Positions 1-13,570 of a stretch of 64,000 bases of DNA are shown here, piece by piece. A model generated the notes under the pieces. That model did no database searches. It was given only the letters and a program-made list of their open reading frames with translations, and was not told the DNA's origin. The stretch comes from the human T2T-CHM13v2.0 reference genome, Homo sapiens: the NCBI RefSeq assembly GCF_009914755.1, contig NC_060928.1; one strand, written 5' to 3'. The position numbers and the translations under genes were made by a program. Every line of letters starts with the position of its first letter. The stretch's first letter is position 1.

Positions 1-91
1 AGACAGACAGACGGACGGATAGATGTCAGAAAGGCCTGGGAAACAGTGTGAGGAAAGGCATGGTGGTAAGAATCAGCTCTGAAGCTAAAAA

Positions 92-530
92 TAACCCAGA
101 TGTCCTAAACTGATGAAAAAATGAACAAAATATTATATATCCATACCATGGACTATTCAGCTATAGAAGGAATGAACTGCTGATAAATGTTACAACATGG
201 ATGAACCTTAAAAACGTGCTAAGTAAAAGAAGCCAGTCATCAAATGCCACATATCTTATGGTTCCGTATACATGAAGTGTCCAGAACTGGCAAATCTGCA
301 GAGCTAGAAAGTAGATTATGGGTGCCTGGGATGTGGAAAGGGGTTTATGGGGAGTGACTGCTAATGGGCATGGTGTTTCTTCTGGGGATGATGAAAATAT
401 TCAAAGTAAATTGCAGTGATAGTCGCACAACTCTTAATATACTAAAAAAAACATTGAATTGTGGACCTTAACTGGGTGAATTGTGTGGTCTGCGAATTAC
501 AGCTCAATAAACGCTTTTAAAAAAACAACA
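92..530 (+). mobile_element. Old L1 (L1MB-like) 3' UTR fragment
   Basis: acaacatggatgaacctt..ctaagtaaaagaagccagtca..tgtccagaa..ggcaaatc..gaaagtagatta motifs; ends ctcaataaa plus A-run. Confidence 0.8.
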
Positions 531-535
531 AAACA

Positions 536-838
536 CCAGCAGTTTGGGAGACCAAGGTGGGAGGATTGCTTGAGCCCAGGAGTTAGAGAGCAGCCTGGGC
601 AACATAGGGAGACCCCATCTCTACCTACTTACCTACCTACCTACCTATCTACATAAATAAATAAATTAAGATTTAGCGAGGCATGGTGCTACACACCTAT
701 GGTCCCAGCTACTCAGTAGGTTGAGGTAGGAGGATCATTTAAGCCCAGAGGTTAAGGCTGCAGTGAGCTGAGACTGTGTCACTGCACTCCTGCCTGGGTG
801 ACAGAGTGAGACCCTGTCTCAAAAGGAACAAACAAAAA
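536..838 (+). mobile_element. AluJ, 5'-truncated, with (CTAC)n microsatellite in the linker
   Basis: ggaggattgcttgagcccaggagtt (J diagnostic); (ctac)n at about 620-652. Confidence 0.9.
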
Positions 839-1893
839 ACCCATTAGCACTGTGTGGGCAGGCAACCCAAAGTCATCTTGACTTGGCTGTTGGGTGAACA
901 GAAGACATGGCAAAGACAGGGTCGGGGGTCAGTTGAATGCACCCTTTGAAGGAGCATTATCTTGCCATAAAAGGTAGCCACTGAGGGCTGAGTGGTACGT
1001 GATCACCCAGTCATACCTGTGAGAGACAGTATACCGATACCCTTGCAAGCAGAAATGACAGATTCCAGGGAGTGGTGGAAGATAGGTTAGCAAACCTGTT
1101 CCAGGGCCATGTCAGGAGTCCAGGTAAGAGAGAAGGAACCAAGGAATAGAAGTAGAGACGCTTGAAAACCATGTAAGAAGTAAAAAGGCCTAAATGTGAG
1201 CGGTTGGTGAGGAAAGGAGAAAGGATGACTCCCTGAATTCTAGCATGAGTGAAGGGGTGTGTGCTAACACCAACGGAGATAGAAGAGAACAGGAACAATT
1301 GAAAATACAGTTCTTAAAGGCCCTGGACACTGTAGCTAGAGCCGTTTCAGTGAGATACAGAAGCCACATCTTGCTTGAAGAGAATTGGAACAAACAGGCA
1401 GTCTCCATGCCTGTTTCTCTTACTGTCTGTGCAGTCAACTTCTTGGCATTGCAAAAAGGCACATCATTTGGGTCACTTAAATAATATGACCTGAGCCATC
1501 TACATTGTATCTAGTTCACTTTCTTCTCTCTGGAGCATTGTTTTCTAACTCTGTAGTGAGACCTCTTTTTTTCCCCAATGAAAAGCTAAATAGTGATTCG
1601 GAAAACTTAACGAATATTGAGATTTGTCAGCCTGTTCAAGTACTAGAGTGTTGTTTGTTTTTTCCTAACTTTGTTGGAAATGGATTACTTCTTAAGAAGA
1701 AAGCTTACCACATATCCCATTGAAAACTGGTGAAAATAAAGCCTATCTATGTTCAAAGTCCTAGAAGATGGTTCTTCTGGTCACCACTGGGATAAATGGA
1801 TGAATGTGCTCCCTGGGATAGATCCAGGTTCTGTGGAACTGAAACTAATACAGTATGGAAGGGAGGCCCTTTTTGAAAAAAGAATGTGAAATT

Positions 1894-2231
<338 letters not shown>

Positions 2232-2836
2232 TTAGAAGATCCCTGAAGCTTAAGCCTCATTAGCTTCATGGCAAATCTTCCCTTGATCTTGATAATGCTG
2301 GTGGTAGGGATGATGGGGGTGACTATTAACACATTGAGCACTCATGTGCAGACATTGTTCCAAGCAGTTTTTATATATTAATCCTCGAAACAACCCAAGG
2401 CACGGTAGCAGAGGTACAGAGAAGTCACACCCAAGGTCACACAGTGGGAAGCAGAGTTTTTAGGAGAGGGAAGAAGGGCAGTATGGAAAAGAATACTAAA
2501 CTGAGAGCAGAGGCCTTCATGAATGTCAGCTTCACCACCCATCTGTGGGGAACCTGGGGGGAAAATCACGTACCTTTTTGCATGTACGTCCTTGACTTCA
2601 CCTGTGAAAAAGGAATATTGATGCATGTCATGAATCCTTGACTCTGTTGTTCTGAGGTTGAGAGAATGTGTAAAAGTGCTTTGTGAAGGTAAAGTGCTTA
2701 GAAACGTAGTTATATTACACAGCTTTCTCTTCCACTTCAATACTTAAAATTCAGGCTTAAAAATTCATTTAGTTTTGCTTTTCATTTCACTTCTAATGTG
2801 TCTAATTTATTTCTTGGACATGATTTTTGTTCTCAG

Positions 2837-2939
2837 GTTACTTGTCTGCAAGACTTTTTTGGTGATGACGATGTTTTTATTGCATGTGGACCAGAAAAAT
2901 TTCGTTATGCCCAAGATGACTTTGTCCTGGATCATAGTG
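2837..2939 (+). CDS. DCLK2: DCLK2 exon 3 (103 nt): [34 protein letters not shown], end of second DCX domain
   Basis: ttttgttctcag|GTT ... AGTG|gtaagg; phase 0 in, phase 1 out; doublecortin motif [19 protein letters not shown]. Confidence 0.97.
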
Positions 2940-3449
2940 GTAAGGCAATTCTTCAGCTAATTCATTTTTCCATCTTTGTAACCCCTGAAATGAAGGCTTG
3001 GGATTTAGCCACTCAGTTGGTGCATGTTAAGAAGTCTGACATGTTGAGGAAAGATAGCATTGGCAGTACAATTTTTGAACCAATGAAAATAAAGAATAAC
3101 ATGAAAGCATTTGCCTACTTATAAAAAAAGAAAGAAAGAAAAAGAAAAAGAATAACCCAATGCCTAATTCAAGTAGTTTTCACTTTTAGCAATTCAGTTC
3201 CCTCTCTTATTGCATTGTTTGCATTGTTTTGCCACTGAGATGTTCCATGCCTTCCTTCAGAATGGTGGTTGGCTGTGCCAACTTAAATGCATGGATAGAG
3301 TTGAACTTGAAACAATTAGTCATCCATTTTTTGTGATGTGTATGCATAAGGAAATCTATATTAAAAAGAAATAGATGAAAGGATAATAACTATCAATGGT
3401 GATTATCTGAGGTGTCTTTCAACCTCACTGGGTTTTTTTTGGTAGCAAC

Positions 3450-3718
3450 ATTTTTTTTTTAATTGAGACAGTGTCTCCTTTTGTCTCCCAGCCTGGAGTG
3501 CAGTGGCACGATCACAGCTCACTGCAGCCTTGACTGTGCTGCTGGATTCAAGTAATCCTCCTGCCTCAGCCTCCTGAGTAGCTAGGATTAAAGGCATAAG
3601 TCACCATTCCTGGCTAATTTTTAAATTTTTTGTAGAGACAGGGTCTTGCTATGTTGCCCAGGCTAGTCTTGAATTCCTGGCCTCAAGTGATCCTCCCACC
3701 TCAGCCTCCCAAAGTGCT

Positions 3719-3721
<3 letters not shown>
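3450..3721 (-). mobile_element. AluJ antisense
   Basis: poly(T), gagacag..ctcaagtgatcctcccacctcagcctcccaaagtgctggg. Confidence 0.9.

Positions 3722-3765
<44 letters not shown>
3722..3765. repeat. (CA)n microsatellite, about 22 units
   Basis: Perfect AC run abutting the Alu. Confidence 0.98.
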
Positions 3766-3767
<2 letters not shown>

Positions 3768-3787
3768 ATACTTACTTTGTTTATATA

Positions 3788-4112
3788 CAGTCATGTACCA
3801 TGTAAGGATGCTTTGGTCAATGATGGGCTACATATATGACTGTAGTCCCATCAGGATTTTTACAATACCTTCTTGATGTTTAGATGCACAGGTCCTTACC
3901 GTTGTGTTACGGTTGCCTACAGTATTTGGTACAGTTACGTGCTATACAGGTTTGTAGCCCAGGAGCAATAGACTATACCATATAGTCTGGGTGAGTACTA
4001 GGCTACACCATGTAGATTTGTGTAAGTTTACACCATGATGTTCACACAATGAATAAATTGCCTAATAATGCACTTCTCGAATGTATCCTCATGGTTAAGT
4101 GACATATGACTA
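3788..4112 (+). mobile_element. Tigger3a-like non-autonomous TcMar DNA transposon
   Basis: TA|CAGTCATG left end and ..TATGACTA|TA right end; internal tacaggtttgtagcccaggagcaatagactatacc. Confidence 0.85.
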
Positions 4113-4831
4113 TATTTAGAAAGAAAGCTATTTCTTTGGTGAGATGAAAAAATCCCCTTTTGCTAACTTTTGCCCATATATGGCATTTTCAAGTAGTATT
4201 TGGCAATAATAATCTCAACTATTTCATATGTTATTGGTCCTGGGAATACTGTTTTACCCTATTGTCTTAAATTGCTTTAAACCTGTTTACAGTAATAGTG
4301 ATTATTTTAGCTGGTAGTAAAGTCAGCTTCCTCTTTAAATGAAGTAAAATTATACACACATCACATTTCAGAGGAGAGGGATCTTAGAGATACGATCCTC
4401 CTCTTTAATTTTATGAATGAGGAAAGCTGGCTTTTAAAAAGGTAGACAGTAAACCACTTCTAGTTGTAGTGTTTCTGACAGTCCAGGATTAGAGAACTGT
4501 ACTACCAAACAAATACAGTGATACCTAGGCTTTTAAAATTTTGAGAGGATACATTCTGTGGTACCAAACTTCCTTGTGTCATTACTTCTTGTTGCACTGT
4601 GTCAGTCATTCATGAGCTTGGGGGTCATTCATCTACTCTTTTTGTTTTTCTGTTTTGTTTTTCATCTCTGCCAAATTTGATGGTTTCTATATTATATTCT
4701 GTTGGACTGGCCCTATTTCAGCCTGGTGACACCACTGGAAAGTCCTTAATTATAGATAATGTCCTGTTACGTTATCTGTGCTAGTGCTCTCCCTCATTCC
4801 TGTGTGGTTAAGGTTAAATAAAATAGGCATT

Positions 4832-5183
4832 TATATATATATTATATACAATATTATATATTATATAAACTATATTATATTATATATTATATTATATATT
4901 ATATATATTATATAATATTATATATTATATATAATATATATTATATATTATATATTATATATAATATATATTATATATTATATATTATATATAATATATA
5001 TTATATATAATATATATTATATATATTATATATAATATATATTATATATATTATATATTATATATTATATATATTATATATTATATATATTATAATATAT
5101 ATTAGATATATTATATTATATAATATATATTAGATATATTATATATTATATATATTATTATATAATATATATTATATTATATA
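4832..5183. repeat. AT-only (TATAT/TATATTA)n low-complexity tract, about 350 bp
   Basis: Only about 4 G/C bases in the interval. Confidence 0.97.
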
Positions 5184-6551
5184 TCATCTGTACTTTACAT
5201 CTTTCTTAAATTTAGCTTTAGTTTCATAATATTTCTTTGATGTCAGGTGTCATTTTGAAAGCTGAGCCACTGAAACTAAATATGTTCTGGGTTATAAAGT
5301 TAATATGTATAACAATAACATTTGTTGAGCCACTTACTTTGTATGTACAGGCATTGTACTCAGTGCTTCATGGGTATGTTGTACTTTGATCTAAGCTACT
5401 TGGATCGTTGGTAGTTTTTGTTGATGGTGAACAGGGCCTGCAATAGTTAGAAGTTGGTGAGAGCTATTGATTTATTCCTTCTTGATCTCGAGTTACTTAA
5501 CCTGCAAAGTAGGGATAATAATGGCTATAAGGTTTTCTGAGGATCAAATGCATTATAATATAATATATGTCATGCAGTTGGGAGTGTGCCTGTCACATAG
5601 TAATATGCGTCCACTGCTATCTTTGTTGTTGTTAATAATAATATTACACCAACACCATTATGTGGTAAAATTTTACAATGATTTTACAATGAGCAAGTCT
5701 CAGACCTAATTCTGCCACAGATACGTTTATTAGGAGGCAAATTTTTTTTTAATCAGTTATTTAACTTGTATTGTAATCTTAATGAGGTCCCAACTCTCTG
5801 CTTTTAGGCTTCTAATAACATCTTGTGTTAAAGGCCCATTCAGAATGCATGGAATTCAGTTTACCTGATCTTAGTGAAGTAACTACATCCTCGATTAATC
5901 GATACAGGATTGGTTCCAATTCATAAACCTAGGATATAGTTCTGCAGTTCTAGGTTGTTGGCTCTTGATATTTACATATCCTGCTCATATAAAAGAGTAG
6001 CAATGCATTTAAGATGTTTCTAATAATCTACACACACCTTTCAACAGTCGGATACTTTTAACATCCACAATGCTAATTAAGCAAAAATTGCTCCCTTTGT
6101 GTAAGGTTTTGATTAGAATCTTTCAAATGCTAACTAGCCTCCCCTTGGGTGTATTTTCCTGGTTAGTGTACTTCACTGGTCAGTTTACTGCCCCTGGGGT
6201 ATAGACTAAAATTAATCCACATTTTAAACTTCCTGCATAAATTGAAGTATTTTAGAGTAAACTACTACAGACAGTATGTTACCTAATTTAACTCTTATAA
6301 CAAGCCTATGATGTAAATTTTATTCTTATCCCAATTTCACTGGGGCAAAAAAAAAAAAACTCAGGCTTACAGCCAAGGCCCCTAGTTAACAAATGTCAAA
6401 TGCATAATTCATTCAAAATCCACACAACTCCAAAACCTATGTTTTTCATTATGCAATTTAGAAGTGATTACTTTAGCAATACTTACTTCTGGTACTCTAA
6501 ATATTATTTTATTTGGTGATTTATGGAAAGAACAGTTGTTTAAAGCTATTC

Positions 6552-6913
<362 letters not shown>

Positions 6914-7150
6914 TCAGGAGGGGGTTCATAAGTTAGAGTCCCATACCCTTTTAAAATAAGGCAGTCAAGAAGTTGGAGAGCATAATAAAATTGTAGTCTT
7001 TGCCTATCAATACTACTGATTTAAAAAGATAGTTGCACATGTATAGATTAGCTGTGGATGTTTGTGTGTATGAAGTTAGGACATTGGAATTTCTGTACTT
7101 AATTAGCTCCATCTGGAACACTGAGGTGATATCCCAAGATGTGTAGCCTT

Positions 7151-7580
<430 letters not shown>

Positions 7581-7680
7581 TTATCAGGTAATAGTTCTGG
7601 TCAGTAAACAATTACATGTAACTCTGCTTTTGGTCGTTATTAAAACCAGATTTAGTTAATGCACTTTTGTTCTTTTCTAG

Positions 7681-7782
7681 AATGTCGTGTCCTGAAGTCA
7701 TCTTATTCTCGATCCTCAGCTGTTAAGTATTCTGGATCCAAAAGCCCTGGGCCCTCTCGACGCAGCAAATCACCAGCTTCAG
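7681..7782 (+). CDS. DCLK2: DCLK2 exon 4 (102 nt): (E)CRVLKSSYSRSSAVKYSGSKSPGPSRRSKSPAS
   Basis: tcttttctag|AA ... TCAG|gtagtt; phase 1-1; continues the frame. Confidence 0.96.
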
Positions 7783-8708
7783 GTAGTTAATGGAAAAGGA
7801 ATAGATGGTCATAGCAGGAACAGATCATTTTCCTTCTGTTTTCTCTAATTTTTATGAATTAGTAGTCTTTGCCAGGGTCGTATGCAGCCAAGTTCCAGAA
7901 AAACAGAGATGATGTGACTTTTAAAACCAAAAGTCAAGTCTGTTTCCCCAGTTACAATAATTCTCCTAAGAGACTTGTGTGGTTTTGTTCTGACACGTTT
8001 TCTTGGGAACAGCTTGATGATCTAGATTCTGCTGGTATTTACATAGAAGCGTTTCACATTTTGACCCCTGTATACTGCATTTTGAATTTTGTGCTCTATG
8101 ATTGTGGATAATTATTTTCTTAACATTATCTCTTTTTTTTAAAACACATGCACATGCACACGACTCTGCCCAGAAATGTATTTACTTGATATATTTCCAC
8201 TGGCTTCTGCCTCATCAAATGATACATTCATAGCAGTGATTATTGTTGAAAAGTAGTATTTTGCTTATTTAAGAGTCAAACAGTATAATTAAGTTTCTTG
8301 CGAGTCTTAAGCCTATAAATTTGTCATAATTTTGACTGGACATTTTTAAACATTAAAAACATACATAAATATCTTCATATATTGATTTTATGGGTTTGTT
8401 TATAGTAATTAAGAATAAGCCTGTTAATATCATTTCCTCTGAAGGAAAGAATTGTGAAAAACCATGATTTTACAGTTGGTGAATCTAGAACATGGGAAAG
8501 TTGTATCAATAACAATGGCCTCAAGCATCAGACTTTATAAAAGACCAAGTTTTTCAGACATTCCACTATTCGCCCTTTCCCCTTTCAGCACCCCCCCCCC
8601 CCACTTTCTGTAGGGCAGGTCGTTTTACCCTTTTGAACGCACATTTAGAGCTGCTGAATAACCACTCTCCTTACTGTCTTCTACTCTGTGTATACTGCAT
8701 GTGTACAG

Positions 8709-8759
8709 TAAAGCGGGGTGGCCACTACTCCAGTGCCTATTCTACAGCCAAATCCCCAG
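8709..8759 (+). CDS. DCLK2: Alternative 51-nt cassette exon adding 17 aa (V)KRGGHYSSAYSTAKSP
   Basis: Pyrimidine tract then tgcatgtgtacag|TA ... CCAG|gtgagc; phase 1-1, no stop; length fits my recollection of a 17-aa-longer DCLK2 isoform. Confidence 0.85.
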
Positions 8760-9539
8760 GTGAGCCATGACTATTGTGGCTTTGTTGCTCTGCTGGGTTT
8801 TTGTTTTTGTTTTTTGCCACTTTTCTGTTTCCTTTTGCTCCATTTCCATGAATGTATCTGGCTTATTCCAGTGCACATCTGTGTGGTATGAAATGCTTTG
8901 CATTGCACAAGACACTTTAGCCTCCTCTATTTATTAGAGAACTGGTTATCATCAGAAGATTACCAAGTGCCTGTCTGTATAGTCAGGAATACAAAGCGAC
9001 TGAGGAGGCACATCACCGCAAGGGGTCCATCTTCTAGTTAATTTGGAGCAATGTTCTGCTACTGAAAAAGGCTGAAGTTTGTTGGTAATGTGAAAATAGC
9101 CATAGAAGCAATTTTGATCTTCTGTGCTCACCCCCTCCCCACCCTGGGGTTAACAGTTTAGTAATCACTGAAATCTTAGAATTATTAGTACTTCATAATA
9201 GCATATGCCAGCATAGGATTATGAGGTGTTTCTTATACATACAGGGAAGCAACACTGCAATATTTCTAGTTGTCAAATATTTATTTTCCTAGAGTTATAG
9301 ACTCAACCTGTTCTCTCTAAAAATGTGACAATTAACAATGAGCATTTTTATCTGAAAATATCTCTGTTATTAACCTTCTTTCAAATTGTATCATGCTTTC
9401 TGTAAAGTATCTTAAAACTGAGAAAGCTAATATAGATATGAGACTTGCATAAATACACTGACCTGGGTTAATCAAAGAGTAGATGTAGTTTTGGTGATAG
9501 CTTTACAGATGCTTATTACATCAGTAAAAATAATTAAAT

Positions 9540-9700
9540 AGCTGGGCACGGAGGTACCACCTGTGGTCCCAGCTACTCAGAGGCTGAGGCAGGAGGATCC
9601 CTTGAGGCCAGGAGTTTGAGGCTGTAATGAGCTATGATGATAGTGCCTGTGCATAGCCACTGCACTCTAGCCTGGGCAATGTAGCAAGGCCCTGTCTCTT
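9540..9700 (+). mobile_element. FAM-like fossil Alu monomer
   Basis: Monomer retaining the 7SL-like gcctgtgcatagccactgcactctagcctgggcaa segment that dimeric Alus lack. Confidence 0.75.
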
Positions 9701-10532
9701 TTAAAAAAATTTTAATAAAAGGGAGAGTGGTTCAAGAATCGGGTGTGATTAATTCAATTTTGTCCCCCTGAGGTCAAAAGAGAAAAATTAACATATTGAA
9801 CTAAAAACATGTCTCATAGCCACATTTGTCCTGCAGAGCAGTAGCTCCAGAAGATAGCCTAATAAATATATACATAACTCTTGAATTTATAATACTTAGA
9901 AACTGATTAAGGAAAATCGTAGCATTCTAGTACACACAATTTTAAATTAAGTCCACATTTGGATTTGAGTTAATAGAGTAAGCCTCAAACTCATCAAGTA
10001 AAAGTTGTAAGATTTTAAAACCACATTTTAGAGAGAAAATGATCTTTTTTATAAGAGATTAATTCAAAGTGTGTTCGACACTTTAGCTATAGAAAACCCA
10101 AAGCCTGAGTCAACCACTGGGATTTGAGTGAATCTCAAGAAAGCTACTATATTTATCTGTATAGTGCTTATCTGTATAGTGCTATATAGCGTGTTCTTTC
10201 CACTTTCTACCACCAGGAAGAAGAGGATTTTGTATTATTAAAAGCCATGGTACCCAGGAGTGCTTTTACAGATTACTTTAGCTATGGTGTATTTGTTGCC
10301 ATTTTAAAAATTCCATGGGACTAATTGGAACTCAAACTGAGCTGGTAACTTTATGAACATAATATTGTACCTTTTCAATCTTGGGGCAGAAGTCCTAAAT
10401 GAAGTCTTGAGACTGCCTTGAGTGAAGTCTTCTGGTTGACTAAATCCTTCAACAAAACTCTGTCAGAATAGCTAAATAGTATGTAAAAAGCACATAGATA
10501 TTAAGCTAGGTAACATAAATGGGTAAATGGTT

Positions 10533-10797
10533 ACTCTTGCCCAGGCTGGAGTGCAGTGGTGTGATCTCAGCTCACTGAACCTCCGCCTCAGGAGTTCAAG
10601 CGATTCTCCTGCCTCAGCCTCCCGAGTAGCTGGGACTACAGGCGTGCGCCACCACGCCTGGCTAATTTTTGTATTTTTAGTGGAGACGAGGTTTCGCCAT
10701 GTTGGCCAGGCTGGTCTCTAATTCCTGATATCAAGTGATCCACCCGCCTCAGCCTCCCAAAGTGCTGGGATTACAGACATGAGCCACCATGCCCGGC
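10533..10797 (-). mobile_element. AluS antisense lacking its tail end
   Basis: Begins at actcttgcccaggctggagtg with no poly(T); ends catgcccggcc. Confidence 0.92.
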
Positions 10798-11594
10798 CAT
10801 TATTTTATGATTTTAGCTTGTGAATCTTTCTTAGTCTGCCAAGGTAGAAAGTATTCAAAGAAAACAAAAAAGCCCCCAAGTTTCTTTCTTTCCTTAGAGT
10901 TGAGGGGAGGGGGATAAAATTTCAGGAGAGAAAATCCAGGGGTGTAGCAGAAGAGTGGAAGCATGAGGCAGGTGCTGGCTGGCGGAGGCATACCTTCCAC
11001 TTGCGGCAGCAGCGGAAGTTGCAGGGGGAGAGGTCATGACATGGTGCTGTCCAGGGCCCCCATTAGCCTCCCCAGAACTGGAGAAATGTGCAGATAAGTG
11101 AAATTAAGAACTACTCATTCAAGCACATTGTTTAGAACTTTCCAAATGCTATAAAAACTTAGGGGACTATATGTGATTAGTATCTCTTTTAGGATGAGTT
11201 ATTTTGGTGAAAATACAGACTTGTAGTTATTGATACCAGTTAAATCCCTGGCAGTGAGTTTTGTTAAGAAACTAGGCCTGGGCAGGGGATGTATAAGGAG
11301 ACTGATCTACTGCAGAGATCGCCATCTGCCAGAACTGCTTTTTCTCCTTCAGTCCCTTTCCTACAATCATTCCAAGGTAGCCTTTGCTATCAGTGTGGGA
11401 TTGGAATACCAGTGAACTCTAACAGTGCTTACTGATTAGGAGCAGGTGATCTGTGCAGATTGCTGTGTGAGGTGGAGAAAATACCAAAAAAAAAGGAAAA
11501 AAAGGAAAATTTAGTCTCACCTCACCGCAAGCTTACTAGTTTATTGCCGGTCATAATCTCTCTTTTGTGTGAATTCCATTGAAAAAGATTTTTT

Positions 11595-11880
11595 TAAAGA
11601 CTTTATTTTTAAGAGCAGTTTTAGGTTCACAGCCAAAGGTACACATTTTCTGTGTACCTCCTTGCCTGCAGACTTGCGTTGACTTCTTCTATTATCCACA
11701 TCCCCAATTAGAGTGCTGCATTTGTTACAATTAGCCTGCACCTAAGGTCCATACTTTACATTGAGGTTCATTCTTGGTGTTGTTTGTTTTCTGGGTTTGG
11801 ACAAGTTTATAATGACATATATTCACCATTACAGTATCGTACAGTCTCACTTCACTGAAAACCTTTTGTGCTCTACCTTT
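11595..11880 (-). mobile_element. Old L1 (L1MC-like) 3' fragment
   Basis: gactttatttttaagagcagttttaggttcacagc..ctgggtttggacaa..caccattacagtatcgtacag. Confidence 0.7.
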
Positions 11881-13475
11881 TAAAGAAGTTTTTTTAGAAG
11901 AAATAACATTAATTGAAATTTAACTTGATTGAGAAGTAATCAGGGCTGTTGAATACTCTTATTTTTAATTGTACAGTTAATTGTGCTACACTTGTATTCT
12001 AAGTACCCACATGTATTTGTTAATAAAATCTAGATCACTGACCATTATTTTGAATGAGGGTTTTGAGTCAGAAAAATTAAAGTTTTGGAAATTTAAAAAT
12101 AACTGGAAAAAGTTTTCGTTTTTACTGAAATTTTAAAATGAGCAATACAATAAATATGACTTCATAAACGCAGATATTCCTGTTTACAGGTGATTCTTGT
12201 AATCATTAGTACTCATTGATCCACAATTTCTGCCTCTGCTCAAGGACTGGTACTCATTTTTTTGAGTCCCCTATTCAGGACCTTTACCTGTGCATTTGGT
12301 TTTTTATACTTATTAGTGTGATTTAAAATAATAGTTGTCGCTCTCTCATCTTTTCTTTAAAAAAGAATAAAAAGCAAATGAGCATCTCTTTTCTTTCCAA
12401 AAAGATGAATGACACTTTTCATCTACTTTGGGCAAAAACTTTGGAAATTTGTAATAAAACAGATTATAAATACTCTATTTAGAGGAGAAAAACATATATC
12501 AATACTAGATGTTAACTACTAGTTTTGTGAAATTACTGCAGAAATAGATTCTAATGATACAATCAGGCATAAGTCATACTGAAATGTTTGACCAGAATTC
12601 TGTAGTACAGAATCTGCAAACCTTTCCTAGGGGAGAGGTTTCAAAGTTTTCAAAAACTGAAAACTTTTTTCAGTTATTTTTTAAATTTCCAAATTTAATT
12701 TTCTGGGGGAAAGGTTCATTTGCAGATTCTGTACTACATAATTCTAGCATAGGATCTAAATCGAGCTTTCAACCAAAGAAGCGTATGGAGGTTTAGAGCA
12801 GATGTGTAGAAAACTACCAAGATTTGCTGACAAATGGAGAGGATAAGCTGTACAGAAAAGAAAATGGAAGGAATTAGAAATAAGTAGTCTAGATAAAAAA
12901 GGTTGAAGAATGTTTTTCACAGACTTTGAGCAAATAAGTAGGAATTACAAGGAAAACTACCAGCAAATTTTCCCTTTTCATTAAGAAAATACTTAGAAAA
13001 TGTGTTTGTATTATGGTGTACTTGATTTGGGAGAGCCACACAAACTTCTTGGTTATCCAAACTTCTTGGTTATCTTGGTATACACCAAGATAGTGGATAT
13101 TGAAGGTTATGGAACAGCCTTCATAGTAAACCATTACAAATATAACAGCCATCTCTACCTTTGCTGGCAGGCAGGATACATGGACAAGTTCTCGTTCACA
13201 TCACTAATTCCATAATGTCTTCTATATTTGTTTATATAGCTGTCAGAAAACTACTATTGAAAATAGTTCTAGTTTCACTCTGTTTTTTTTTTTTTTTGTC
13301 TGTAATGCAGTAAGATACATTATTTTTGCTTTTTGCTGATTTGCCGTCTGCTTTGAGCTGAAAACGAGTTGAAGCTTCATTGGACCTATATTGTGCATGC
13401 ACCTAGTGTATTTATACAGTCTGGTTGTTGTGGGTTTTAATGGGACTTCTGTCTTCTTTGTTGTCTCATGGGCAG

Positions 13476-13570
13476 TTAATGGAACTCCCAGCAGCCAACT
13501 TTCTACTCCTAAATCTACGAAATCCTCCAGTTCCTCTCCAACTAGTCCAGGAAGTTTCAGAGGATTAAAG
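13476..13570 (+). CDS. DCLK2: DCLK2 exon 5 (95 nt): (V)NGTPSSQLSTPKSTKSSSSSPTSPGSFRGLK, SP-rich linker
   Basis: gggcag|TT ... AAG|gtatga; homologous to the DCX/DCLK1 VNGTP..LSTP..SPTSPGS segment. Confidence 0.96.

Noticed and set aside
8584-8602. TTCAGCACC, the left half of a REST/NRSE site, upstream of the cassette exon
   Set aside because: It is followed by a poly(C) run rather than the GGACAG right half at canonical spacing.
10153-13074. Short perfect tandem duplications (15 bp at 10153-10182; 17 bp at 13041-13074)
   Set aside because: Ordinary slippage duplications with no evident functional context.
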